DNA from: Armatimonadota bacterium
GTDB lineage: Bacteria; Vulcanimicrobiota; JACPDS01; JBDRKI01
Length of the DNA stretch: 64,000 bases
Assembly: GCA_043814095.1 (NCBI GenBank)
Contig: JBDRKI010000037.1
Location: 32,272-96,271, forward strand
Direction: 5' to 3'
A program made the translations under genes and the position numbers. Position 1 is the first letter of the stretch, and each line of letters begins with the position of its first letter. The notes under the pieces were generated by a model. It saw only the letters and a program-made list of their open reading frames with translations, was not told the origin of the DNA and did no database searches. This document shows positions 11,713-21,848 of the stretch, one piece after another.

Positions 11713-12156
11713 GTGATTAACTTAATTAAAAACAGTTTTTCAAATTATAATTCATATCTTAAAGAATCAGGCGCTAAAAAAGAAGAAAATAAAGAAGTAT
11801 CCACGCATTATACTTTGGATTACGGTATTGACGCTTCTTTGAAAATAAATTATAAACCCTCAGGCGTTAGAATTATAAATTTTTCCATGAACTGCCGTAC
11901 AAACATAAATACACCCGAATCAGACTGGGATTATGAATACAAGTTCCGTGAATACCCGGACGGCAAACTTGAGTTTGTAGATGCCAACCTTTATACATAC
12001 TATCCCAGTTATCATGAGGAAAACAGCATAACGGGCAGCGGGTTTAAGAATATACTGCTGAATAATATTCAAAAGATAAATGCAGAAAAAGAAAAAGATT
12101 ATGAAACAAGAAAAAAAATAAAAGTTATATATGACGGTACTTACCTGCTGGATTGA
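11713..12156 (+). CDS. Orphan hypothetical protein (MIN- start)
   Basis: GGGGGA SD, GTG start, TATAAT at 11670-11675. Confidence 0.65.
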   Translation: MINLIKNSFSNYNSYLKESGAKKEENKEVSTHYTLDYGIDASLKINYKPSGVRIINFSMNCRTNINTPESDWDYEYKFREYPDGKLEFVDANLYTYYPSYHEENSITGSGFKNILLNNIQKINAEKEKDYETRKKIKVIYDGTYLLD

Positions 12157-12188
12157 AATTCAAAAAAGAATAAAAGGGAGAAGCGTGT

Positions 12189-13431
12189 ATGCCGTATTTT
12201 TTAAAGATAAAGAATGTCATGATCTGTATCCTTGTGTTTTTTATATTTCTTGTGTTTTCTCCTTTATTCGCGTCAGAAGAAGATATACAGAAAGCGAAAG
12301 CAATAAGCGAAATTTTTTCCAAAGCCAGGTTAACCGGGCTTATCCGTTCTTAATTATATGAACAGAACTTTCGGCGACGGCACGATACAGCAGAGCACGG
12401 CGATAGGGGCGTGGCTTAACTACCGCAGTGCCCAGTGGAATAAACTCTCGTTTACTTTAACAGGATATACTTCACAGCCGTTTTTCAATAATCTGCCTCA
12501 GTACGGAGGCGCTAACCTTCTTACCAGGGACCAGAAGGGTTTTGCGGTGCTGGGGCGGGCTTTCGCGGAGGTTGAGCTGGGCAAAAGCAAACTGCGTCTT
12601 TACCGCCAGTCTATGGAGACCCCGTTTATAAATCTTAATGATGTAAGAATGGTGCCTGTAACGCTTGAAGCTTATACATGTGAAGGCGCTGCTTCGGACA
12701 AACTTAATTTTATGGTTTCGCACGTTACAAAGATAAAAGGTTGGTCAATGAACGGATTCCAATCTATGTCGGCGTATGCGGGCTATCCCGGAACAGATAA
12801 GCCGGTTACGCTAGCCGGAGTCAGATTTATACCGGATGATAAATATAAATTTCAGTTATGGAATTATGTTTGTTACGACTACATGAACATAGTTTATTTT
12901 CAGGGTGACGCAAAATGGCCTGTTGAGAAAGATACATTTTTGACGCTTTCAGCCCAATATATCGACCAGCATGATATAGGGCAGAATCCTCTTGCGGGAA
13001 AATTTTCAACGGGCGCATCAGGCGTGCTTGCGGGTGTTCTATGCAACGGGTTAGGCGTTACTTTAGGCCATACATCCACACAGGAAGGCCATGATATAGT
13101 AAACCCCTGGGGTTCATATCAGGGATACGCTTCGCTTATTGAAGAAGACTGCGATCTTGCGGGTGAGAAAGCCTGGGTTGCGGGGATATCTTATGATTTC
13201 AGGCATATAGGATTAAAAAATGTAAGCGCGTTTATGAATCATTCCCACGCTTTTCTTTCGCGTAGCGGTTCAGTGCTTGATCCCAGGCAGAATGAAAATA
13301 ACTTTACGATAGATTACAGGCCTGATGGGGATCTCTGGTTAAGGTTCCGTGCGGCAAAAGTTGACAGCGCGCTGGATATGAATGATCTTAACATATCCGA
13401 CTGCCGTATTATTTTAAATTACAGTTTTTAA
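12189..13431 (+). pseudogene. OprD-family outer-membrane porin split by a +1 frameshift
   Basis: ATG 12189 gives signal peptide and ...ARLTGLIRS then TAA (12351-12353); the body continues in the +1 frame (YMNRTF...) to C-terminal CRIILNYSF. Confidence 0.75.
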
Positions 13432-13463
13432 TTTTTATTGGCAGTTTCTATTTCAGTTTTTGA

Positions 13464-13508
13464 AAATTAAAACGCCCGCTTTCTTTTTGAGAGCGGACGT
13501 TTTAATTT
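13464..13508. terminator. Bidirectional terminator
   Basis: aaattaaaacgcccgctttc...gagagcggacgttttaattt. Confidence 0.7.
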
Positions 13509-13542
13509 AAATCATAACCTTTTTAACAGTGTTTTCTGAAAA

Positions 13543-14961
13543 TTAATTTTGAGTTTTATTCTGCCAGCCGGGCTTTCTTAACTGGTAAATAATTATCGGC
13601 GATAAAGTGAATAACAGAATTCCTATTATAAGGAACCAGACGTAAAAAGCGGGGCTTCCTACTGTAAGCTGTGCCGGAGGAAAGAATCCCACAACTATCG
13701 CGAACAGCGCTCCGAGTATGCCTACAGCCGATATAACCCACATACCGAAATTTCCGCCCGGCACTTTATACGCGCGGGGCACATCCGGTTTCGTATATCT
13801 CAGAGTAATGGCTGCGGCAAAGAGCATTAAGTACATTATAAGATAAAGTATCGCGGTTAAAGCGGTTAAAAGAAAGAACGCACTGCTTACGGTGGGCATT
13901 AATAAATATACAAGAGACAGTACGGTTACTATTAATGCCTGCAGGATAAGGATATGCACAGGCACTCCCTGATTGTTGGTGTATTGAAGAAACGGCGGGA
14001 GATCTCCGTCCTGCGCGGTGGAAAGAAGGCCTTTACTGGGGCCGACGATCCATGCCGTTACGCTGCCCAAAGCTCCGAAAGCCACAAGGAAGCACATTAT
14101 GGGAACGAGCCACCCCATGTGAAACTGGTTCAGCATATCTTTAAAAGCCTGCATTATTCCGGCAGTTAAGCTTATCTTGCCTGCGGGGAGTACAGCCGCG
14201 ATAGCAAGAGAGCTGAATGTAAATATTGTGAGAATTATTATAACTGCCAGGAAGATGGCTTTCGGGAAATCTTTATTCGGATTTTTAACTTCGCGCGCGT
14301 GAACCGCCGAGACTTCCATGCCTGCGAACAGAAGCACTATCCCCGCAAGAAATGAAATATTCGTAAAATTGGAAAGGTTGGGAATTATGCTTTGATGGGT
14401 TCCGGTAAAAGCGATGGGTTTTCCTGTCAGCCACCATATTAATCCCAGAATAATAATTACCGCTCCCGGGAATATGGTGCCTCCCATTACGCATACGGTT
14501 GTTACCCAACCGGAAGTTTTTATTCCCCTGAAATTTAAAAGTGTCGCCCCCCAAAAGGCTAAAAGTATTATAGCTATATTATAAATCTTATTGGTTGCCA
14601 GAGCGGGGTCTAAAAACATATAAGATAAAGCAGCCGCCACAAATGCCAGGACGGTAGGGTACCATATAACATTCTGTATCCACTGCAGCCATATTGCCAG
14701 AAAACCCATCCGGCCTCCGAAAGCTTCCTTTACCCACCTGAATACGCCGCCGCCGTCCGACCAGCCAGTGGCAAGTTCAGCCGATACAAGCGCTACCGGT
14801 ATTAGAAAGATAAATGCGGCAAATAACAGGTAGAAAATCATAGAGAGACCTTCTTTTGCCATCATTGGCAGGCCCCTCAAGTTCATGACAATGGCTACAT
14901 TCATCATTGCCAGAACAAATACACCCAGATAATGAGGTTTTGGATTGTTGTTTTCAGCCAC
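13543..14961 (-). CDS. APC family amino acid permease (GadC-like antiporter)
   Basis: AELATGW..GG.F.WV..AFG; FAGMEVSAVH; multiple TM helices. Confidence 0.88.
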   Translation of the reverse strand: MAENNNPKPHYLGVFVLAMMNVAIVMNLRGLPMMAKEGLSMIFYLLFAAFIFLIPVALVSAELATGWSDGGGVFRWVKEAFGGRMGFLAIWLQWIQNVIWYPTVLAFVAAALSYMFLDPALATNKIYNIAIILLAFWGATLLNFRGIKTSGWVTTVCVMGGTIFPGAVIIILGLIWWLTGKPIAFTGTHQSIIPNLSNFTNISFLAGIVLLFAGMEVSAVHAREVKNPNKDFPKAIFLAVIIILTIFTFSSLAIAAVLPAGKISLTAGIMQAFKDMLNQFHMGWLVPIMCFLVAFGALGSVTAWIVGPSKGLLSTAQDGDLPPFLQYTNNQGVPVHILILQALIVTVLSLVYLLMPTVSSAFFLLTALTAILYLIMYLMLFAAAITLRYTKPDVPRAYKVPGGNFGMWVISAVGILGALFAIVVGFFPPAQLTVGSPAFYVWFLIIGILLFTLSPIIIYQLRKPGWQNKTQN

Positions 14962-15007
14962 CGTTCCCTCCTTTTTCTTTTCAAGAAAAATATTATTTTA
15001 CAATGTT

Positions 15008-15032
15008 TTTCTACAATAAACGAATAATACCT
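15008..15032 (-). promoter_or_regulatory. sigma-H-like promoter
   Basis: Minus strand AGGT-N17-GAAA. Confidence 0.45.
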
Positions 15033-15119
15033 TTAAAAATACTCCAAAAGACCTATATTATTAGCTTGATTTTTGTTTTATAATATAATTGAAGGAAATA
15101 AACATAGGGAGGTATTTAT

Positions 15120-15719
15120 ATGTCAGATTTTTCAATAAGAGCTCCGCAAAATCAAATCTCAAGTACTATTTTTAATCCCGCGAAAGAGAATGATCTTTCC
15201 AGTTTTAATAAGTTTGATTTTCTTCCCGGCAGGTATTTAATGCTTTCTAATACAAACGGGAGCTGCCTTGTTTACAGCGATCATAAATTTATGGCCCAGT
15301 TAAAAGGCAAAAGAATAAGCAACATGACGGACGAGCAGTTTAATCATTTTGTAAAACAGGTAAGCGCGAAAGTCGGCAAGATGCCCGCAGACCATCCCGA
15401 TAAAAAAGCCGCATTATCAATGTTGAAAAAAATGAAGGGCGATATAAAGCTTTTCGAAAACAATTATCCTATAGCAACTAATACCCAGATGTCTTTTAGA
15501 ATTCCCGGCACAAAACTCAGTGTTGATTATGACAGGATTAAACATAAAATAAAGTTTTTTGAAAACGGAAAAGAAATTGCCTCTCCTAAAAACGCGAAAG
15601 ATATTCTGAAAAAATACATAATGGATATGAAAGATAAGCTGCGTCCGGGTGACGGAAAAGACAAGACAGTGTTTAATATGCTTAAAGAAATGTTAGGGGA
15701 TTATTTAAAGAGCAGATAA
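15120..15719 (+). CDS. Orphan protein with two internal repeats
   Basis: GGAGG SD; DKKAALSMLKKMKGD versus DKTVFNMLKEMLGD. Confidence 0.7.
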   Translation: MSDFSIRAPQNQISSTIFNPAKENDLSSFNKFDFLPGRYLMLSNTNGSCLVYSDHKFMAQLKGKRISNMTDEQFNHFVKQVSAKVGKMPADHPDKKAALSMLKKMKGDIKLFENNYPIATNTQMSFRIPGTKLSVDYDRIKHKIKFFENGKEIASPKNAKDILKKYIMDMKDKLRPGDGKDKTVFNMLKEMLGDYLKSR

Positions 15720-15736
15720 GGTATTAAATAATTTAT

Positions 15737-15773
15737 AAAACAGGCTGTCATAAAAAATCAGACAGCCTGTTTT
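15737..15773. terminator. Bidirectional terminator
   Basis: 13-bp arms aaaacaggctgtc / gacagcctgtttt. Confidence 0.85.
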
Positions 15774-15794
15774 GTTATATCCACTCTTAATTTT

Positions 15795-17012
15795 TCAAGA
15801 CTGTTTCAGTATGAAAGTTATTATCACGGAAACGATAAAAAGCAGTATTACCGGTCCCCATAGATATTTATATACCCTTGATATCTTTGTATGAAAGTAT
15901 TCTGATGTAAGGACAAGACAGAGGTGGACAGGGGATAGGAATACTCCAAGAATCCCGCACAGAAAGGCAAAGCCGAATAAAGGAAGGTTCCCTGCGACAG
16001 GCAGCATAGCCATAAGTACGGGAAAAGTTATGCCTACAAAGGCCTGGGTTACGCCGGTGAGTATCCCCGCAAGAAGAGGTATTATTAAGAATAATATGTT
16101 TGTATGGATGCCTATCCCGGATAAATACTGTGATGTTCCGGCGGCAAGCCCCGATGTTTGCAGTAGGTCTTTAAAAATAAATATGCTTGCGACGCTTAAC
16201 AGCACTTTATAAGAGATGCTTTTTTTAAGCATTACGGGAATATTTTTAGCCGGAATTTTATATGACAGTATCATTACAAGAAGTATCAGCAGCAGGGATA
16301 AAGCCATATCTGTTTTAAAAACTATAACCATGAAAAGAAGCGCCGCTATAGGGAGTATCCCGAAAAAAAGTTCTTTCACCGTTTCTTTCTCTATTTTAAA
16401 TATATGCCTCTGTCTTTTTCCGAGTTTTAAAGGCAGAAGCCCGAATATAATGCCACCTATTACGGCAGTGGGGGTATAAAGCCATACAAGTTTTAAGAAA
16501 ACATCATAAGAAACATTTAAAAGCGCGAATGTGACTATGACACCGGGGTATATAGGCAGGAAATACTCCCATATATGCCTGAACCAGTAGTTTATAAAAG
16601 TCTTCTGTTCCGCATTTATATTAAGCTCTTTAGAAGCTTTCTCCACAAAGGGCGCGGAGAACATAGCCCCGCCCGGGGATGCCAGAAACCCCAGAAAAGC
16701 GGGCATTATTATTAATCGTATCCTTCTTGAAGGAATGAACCGCTCCAGGGCTTTTATCATTTTTTCAAGCTGGCCGCTCTCGTTTAATATTTTTTCAAGG
16801 AAAGAAATCATTATAAGGAAGAGGAGAAGAAGTATAGTTGTTCTTTCAGTAACTGAATAAAATACCGTTTTTATAAATTCAAGAGGAGATATAAAGCATA
16901 GCAAACCCAGAAGCACGGAATTTATGAGCATAACCATGCCTAAATTAAAGCCTCTCCTTATAAGGAGAATTATGGAAGCCAGTATAATAATAAATTTTAC
17001 AAGATCAATCAT
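15795..17012 (-). CDS. DUF401 family membrane protein
   Basis: PGGAMFSAP, INYWFRHIWEY and SPVHLCL motifs. Confidence 0.85.
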   Translation of the reverse strand: MIDLVKFIIILASIILLIRRGFNLGMVMLINSVLLGLLCFISPLEFIKTVFYSVTERTTILLLLFLIMISFLEKILNESGQLEKMIKALERFIPSRRIRLIIMPAFLGFLASPGGAMFSAPFVEKASKELNINAEQKTFINYWFRHIWEYFLPIYPGVIVTFALLNVSYDVFLKLVWLYTPTAVIGGIIFGLLPLKLGKRQRHIFKIEKETVKELFFGILPIAALLFMVIVFKTDMALSLLLILLVMILSYKIPAKNIPVMLKKSISYKVLLSVASIFIFKDLLQTSGLAAGTSQYLSGIGIHTNILFLIIPLLAGILTGVTQAFVGITFPVLMAMLPVAGNLPLFGFAFLCGILGVFLSPVHLCLVLTSEYFHTKISRVYKYLWGPVILLFIVSVIITFILKQS

Positions 17013-17566
17013 GATTTATACTTATTCCGGAAAAGAATTTCTTCCAATTCTTTCTTTTTAGCTCTTACCGGGAGCTCTTCTTCGTTGTAATAACCCGCGG
17101 CTATAAGGGAAAGGACTTTTATCTTTGAGGGTATATTCAATATTTTTTTCAAGGGCTTTTCCTTAAACCATCCTATCCAGCATGTTCCGATTCCTAACTC
17201 CTGCGCCCTTAAGACAAGATGTTCTCCGGCTATGCCTGTATCTATCTGGTGGTAATTTATCCCTTTATATGCTTCGGCAAGTGTATTGGTTACAAAATTT
17301 TTATCAGAGCATAAGACTATTATAAGGGGGGCGGATCCGGCAAACTGGTTTGCTACAATCCCGCCAAGCGCTTTTTCCGCAATCTCACTTATTATATTAT
17401 CATCCGTAACAGCGATAAATCTCCAGGGCTGGATATTGCATGCCGAAGGAGCTAATCGTGCCGCCTCAACCATCTGCTTTATTTTCCATTCTTCTATTTT
17501 TTGAGGCAGGAATTTTCTTACACTGCGCCTTTTTTGAATTATCTCCATAAGTGGTGATTTTTGCAT
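17009..17566 (-). CDS. Nitroreductase family protein
   Basis: RRSVRKF, APSACNIQPWRF and GIGTCWIG motifs. Confidence 0.92.
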   Translation of the reverse strand: MQKSPLMEIIQKRRSVRKFLPQKIEEWKIKQMVEAARLAPSACNIQPWRFIAVTDDNIISEIAEKALGGIVANQFAGSAPLIIVLCSDKNFVTNTLAEAYKGINYHQIDTGIAGEHLVLRAQELGIGTCWIGWFKEKPLKKILNIPSKIKVLSLIAAGYYNEEELPVRAKKKELEEILFRNKYKS

Positions 17567-17601
17567 ATATTTCTCCTGAATTTAACCTAATATAACGAAT
17601 T

Positions 17602-17626
17602 TTTCTGTTTTTAACTGTTATATCCT
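17602..17626 (-). promoter_or_regulatory. sigma-H-like promoter
   Basis: Minus strand AGGA-N17-GAAA. Confidence 0.5.
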
Positions 17627-17677
17627 TTTTTAAATTTTATAATATAGTAAAAAAAAACTTATATTTTTTTTAAAAAA

Positions 17678-17702
17678 AGGAAATTTATCAATAATAAGGA
17701 AT
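17678..17702 (+). promoter_or_regulatory. sigma-H-like promoter of the lipoprotein operon
   Basis: AGGA-N17-GAAT. Confidence 0.55.
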
Positions 17703-17754
17703 TGAAAAATTAATACAATGTAATATTTAAGCCGTTTCCGGGGGAATAATATCT

Positions 17755-19794
17755 GTGAGAGGAATATTTTTTAAAAAACAAAATACGTTTTCTCTGTTTG
17801 CCTTTATTATAATTTTAAGCATGTTATTGTTGGTTCTTAATAACTGCGGCGGAGGGGCTTCTTCAGGTTCTGCTTCCGTAAGTTCGGTTTCTTCAGCCGA
17901 TACATCTCTTGATAATATTCAAACAGGCTCATTCAGAGCTGAGATTCTATGGCCGGAAAGAGCGGGCAGTAAACTAATTCCATCAGATACCCAGCAGGTA
18001 GTTTTTACCGTAAGCGGACAGGGTTTAACAACCGAAAGAACCGAAAGGATAGTCTACGGGACAACAACAGTTACTTTCGAGGAGCTGCCTGTCGGGACAA
18101 AAACAGCCGAGGTAAAAGCAATAAACGGCGAAGGAACAACTCTTGCTCACAGAATAGTTGATTTTGTCGTAAGTTCCGGTCAGACCGCGACTTCCAGCAT
18201 TATATTAGGGGTCTCAATAACTTCAACAGGCTATATCCCGCAGAATATAACTATATCCGCTAATGATACATTATACTGGGTTAACTCAGACAGCACAGGG
18301 AGCCATCAGATTATATCCGTAGGCGGCAAATTTACAAACTCAGGAAGCTTGGCTTACGGACAGTCATATAATTACCAGTTCACAACAGTAGATACCTGTG
18401 AATATTATGATAACGGCAACCATACTTTAAGGGGAAGCGTTATTGTAGAAGCAGAACCGTATATTGATTCTCTAATCGTTTCCACAGGGACTGTCGGAAC
18501 GGCTGTTACGATAAACGGAGGAAATTTCGGGTCCTCGCAGGGCACATCAACCGTTACATTTAACGGTATAACCGCTTCAAATATTACAAGCTGGTCAAGC
18601 ACGCAGATTCAGTGCACCGTGCCGGCTTACGCGACAAGCGGGAATGTCGTGGCAACCGTGGGCGGGCAGGCAAGTAACGGCATATCATTTACCATGAATA
18701 CACCTTCAATTACAACCCTAAGCATTGATACCGGTATAGTAGGAGCTTCTGTCACGATAACAGGCACTAATTTCGGGAGTGCCCAGGGTTCATCAACCGT
18801 CACCTTCAACGGTGTTTCAGCTTCAATAACAAGCTGGTCTAATACACAGATTGTCTGTACCGTTCCTAGCTGTACTACAGGAGATGTTGTTGTAACGGTT
18901 GCGGGCAACGCTTCAGACGGAAGTTCATTCACTCCCGCAACGGGCTGGACAGCACAGACAAGCGGTGTGTCGGGCTGGCTTAACGGCATTATATTTACCG
19001 ATGCAAATAACGGCTGGGCGACGGGAACACAGGATTGTTTAAGAACAACAAACGGCGGTACTAACTGGACTACGGTTTATAGTATAGGAGGAGCCACTTT
19101 TTATACTATTTACGCGTTAAATAATCTAAAGGCATGGGCAGGCGGAAGTAAAGAGAATTGTTATTATACCACAGATGGCGGCTCAAACTGGACAGGTGTA
19201 TGGGTTAACACATATCATATAACTACAATTTTTATGATCAATGAAAATATAGGGTGGCTGGCATGTAATGATTACGGACAGACAGTTAAAAGAACCGGGG
19301 GCGCTGGAACCAGCTGGTCTAATGTTTATGATGCAGGTTCGTACCGTATAAAATCAATTCATGCCGAGAATGTAAATCAGGTATGGGGTGTCGGTACAAG
19401 CGGAAGAATTATTTATTCATCAAATAGCGGCTCAAGCTGGACAGTACAGACAAGCGGTACGGCATATAATCTTTACAGTGTCTGGTTTACGGATACAAGC
19501 AACGGCTGGGCCGTAGGAGAAGCAGGCACTATAATTCATACAATAGACGGGGGAAGTAACTGGGCATCCCAGACAAGCGGTACGAACGAATGTTTATACG
19601 GCGTATGTTTTGTTGATTCCAGCCACGGCTGGGCGGTAGGCGGCGGCGGCACGGTTATATATACCACCGACGGAGGCACTACATGGACAGCCCAGGCAAG
19701 CGGCACGGTGAAAAGTTTAAGAAGTGTCAGCTTTGTTGATATAACTCACGGATGGGTATCGGGTGAGAGCGGAACAATCCTTTATTACTATTAA
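17755..19794 (+). CDS. Lipoprotein: WP N-domain, cupredoxin-like, 2x IPT/TIG, YCF48/BNR beta-propeller (paralog 1)
   Basis: Lipobox-like LNNC; TIG SWSxTQI.C motifs; T.DGG..W Asp-box repeats. Confidence 0.85.
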   Translation: MRGIFFKKQNTFSLFAFIIILSMLLLVLNNCGGGASSGSASVSSVSSADTSLDNIQTGSFRAEILWPERAGSKLIPSDTQQVVFTVSGQGLTTERTERIVYGTTTVTFEELPVGTKTAEVKAINGEGTTLAHRIVDFVVSSGQTATSSIILGVSITSTGYIPQNITISANDTLYWVNSDSTGSHQIISVGGKFTNSGSLAYGQSYNYQFTTVDTCEYYDNGNHTLRGSVIVEAEPYIDSLIVSTGTVGTAVTINGGNFGSSQGTSTVTFNGITASNITSWSSTQIQCTVPAYATSGNVVATVGGQASNGISFTMNTPSITTLSIDTGIVGASVTITGTNFGSAQGSSTVTFNGVSASITSWSNTQIVCTVPSCTTGDVVVTVAGNASDGSSFTPATGWTAQTSGVSGWLNGIIFTDANNGWATGTQDCLRTTNGGTNWTTVYSIGGATFYTIYALNNLKAWAGGSKENCYYTTDGGSNWTGVWVNTYHITTIFMINENIGWLACNDYGQTVKRTGGAGTSWSNVYDAGSYRIKSIHAENVNQVWGVGTSGRIIYSSNSGSSWTVQTSGTAYNLYSVWFTDTSNGWAVGEAGTIIHTIDGGSNWASQTSGTNECLYGVCFVDSSHGWAVGGGGTVIYTTDGGTTWTAQASGTVKSLRSVSFVDITHGWVSGESGTILYYY

Positions 19795-19802
19795 GGGTAT
19801 AT

Positions 19803-21845
19803 ATGAGAAATATTTTAAAATATACAAAGAGTAAACAGTTGCTGTACTTATGTCTTTCTGCTGTTATTTTAAGTTGTGTTTTTTCTCTATGTGCGGGATG
19901 CGGTAGTAATACCGTACAAACATTGCCGGTATCCGAAAATAATAATGTTTCTCTTGATAGTACCCAATCTACTGCAGGGGGAGATGTAAGAGTTAAGATT
20001 TACTGGCCCGAAAAGGCGGTTAAGAATAAATTAATACCTTCATCCACTCAAAGCATAATTTTTACGGTAAGCGGTCAGGGGTTAGACAGTGAAAGAATTA
20101 CGGTTATCCCGTACGGCACAACGGAGACAACAATAGAAAATCTTCCGTCTGGGAATAAAACTCTTAAAATTAAAGCGGTAAACGGAAGCGGCGCGACTTT
20201 GGCTCACAGGATTGTCGCTTTTGTTGTAAATTCGGGACAAACGACAAACATCAGCGCCATACTGGGTGTTTCAATAACTTCAACAGGATTTATCCCGCAG
20301 AATATAACCATATCTGCCAATGATACTTTATACTGGGTTAATTCGGATGATTCCGCCAGCCATAAGATTATATCCGACGGAGGCGGGTTTCCCGACTCCG
20401 GTGTGCTGGCATACGGGGAATCTTATAATCATCAGTTTACCGCCGCGGACACATATAATTATTACGATAACGGCAATCATGCTTTAAGAGGCAGTGTAAT
20501 TGTAAAAGGCGCGCCTACTATTACTTCTTTAAGTACTTCAACAGTTACATTCGGTACGGCAGTTACAATAAACGGTACTAATTTCGGGGGCTCTCAGGGC
20601 ACTTCAACAGTTACATTTAACGGTACAACGGCAACAAATATTACAAGCTGGTCAGGCACACAGATCCAGTGTACGGTACCGGTTAATGTGACAAGCGGGA
20701 ATGTTGTAGTAACAGTTGATAATCAGGCAAGCAACGGTTCCGCGTTTACAATAAATACGCCTTCTATTTCAGGCTTAAATGTTGATACGGGCATGGTGGG
20801 CGGTTCCGTTACAATAACAGGCACTAATTTCGGATCATCTCAAGGCACATCAACAGTTACCTTTAATAGCGTTTCAGCTTCAATAACAAGCTGGTCAAAT
20901 ACGCAGATTGTCTGTACTATACCAAGCACAACTACGGGTAATGTGATTGTAACGGTAGCGGGCAACACTTCAAATGGAGTCAGTTTTACGGTTTCAAGCG
21001 GCTGGACAGCTCAGACGAGCGGGGTAACTTCTACTATAATGCAGATTGTTTTTCTTGACGCGAGCAACGGCTGGGCGGCCGGAGGAAGTTATTGTTTTAA
21101 AACCGTAAACGGAGGCAGTAACTGGACTGCATATAATATAGGGGGGTATGCGCTTCAGAGTATTTCGGCGGTAAGCACCCAGAAAGCATGGGCAGTGGGT
21201 TCTCCGAGGAATTTTCCTTACACAACAAACGGAGGTTCCTCCTGGTCATACGGCGATTTATGGGCTTACAATTCAGTCGAGATATTTATGATTAATGAAA
21301 GTATCGGCTGGGTAACATATGATTACGGCAGGAACTTTAGAAAAACGAGTAATGGCGGAGCTAACTGGTCTTTTATTTATGATGCCAACCCTTATTACAT
21401 ATACTCGCTTCATGCCGAAAATACAAGCCAGATCTGGGGCGCGGGTTCAGGCGGCAGGATTGTTTATTCCTCAAACGGCGGTAGCGGTTGGTCAGCCCAG
21501 ACAAGCGGCACTACAAATTCTCTTTATTGCATCTGGTTTACCGATGTAAATAACGGCTGGGCGGTAGGTGAAGCAGGCACAATACTCCATACCGTAAACG
21601 GCGGCACAAACTGGTCAACCCAGACAAGCGGCACGAACCATCCTTTATACGGTGTCTGTTTTGTTGATTCCACCCACGGCTGGGCGGTGGGCGCAAGCGG
21701 CATAATTCTATATACCACGGACGGAGGCAGTAACTGGATATCCCAGACAAGCGGTACATTCAGGAGTTTAAAAAGCGTAAGTTTTATTGATATAACTCAC
21801 GGATGGGTATGCGGTGAAGGCGGTGTAATCCTTTACTATAATTAA
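19803..21845 (+). CDS. Lipoprotein, same architecture (paralog 2)
   Basis: Lipobox CAGC; colinear with 17755-19794. Confidence 0.85.
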   Translation: MRNILKYTKSKQLLYLCLSAVILSCVFSLCAGCGSNTVQTLPVSENNNVSLDSTQSTAGGDVRVKIYWPEKAVKNKLIPSSTQSIIFTVSGQGLDSERITVIPYGTTETTIENLPSGNKTLKIKAVNGSGATLAHRIVAFVVNSGQTTNISAILGVSITSTGFIPQNITISANDTLYWVNSDDSASHKIISDGGGFPDSGVLAYGESYNHQFTAADTYNYYDNGNHALRGSVIVKGAPTITSLSTSTVTFGTAVTINGTNFGGSQGTSTVTFNGTTATNITSWSGTQIQCTVPVNVTSGNVVVTVDNQASNGSAFTINTPSISGLNVDTGMVGGSVTITGTNFGSSQGTSTVTFNSVSASITSWSNTQIVCTIPSTTTGNVIVTVAGNTSNGVSFTVSSGWTAQTSGVTSTIMQIVFLDASNGWAAGGSYCFKTVNGGSNWTAYNIGGYALQSISAVSTQKAWAVGSPRNFPYTTNGGSSWSYGDLWAYNSVEIFMINESIGWVTYDYGRNFRKTSNGGANWSFIYDANPYYIYSLHAENTSQIWGAGSGGRIVYSSNGGSGWSAQTSGTTNSLYCIWFTDVNNGWAVGEAGTILHTVNGGTNWSTQTSGTNHPLYGVCFVDSTHGWAVGASGIILYTTDGGSNWISQTSGTFRSLKSVSFIDITHGWVCGEGGVILYYN

Positions 21846-21848
21846 GGA

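Noticed and set aside
12131-12361. 76-aa ORF before the porin
   Set aside because: Wrong frame; the SD-preceded signal-peptide frame starts at 12189.
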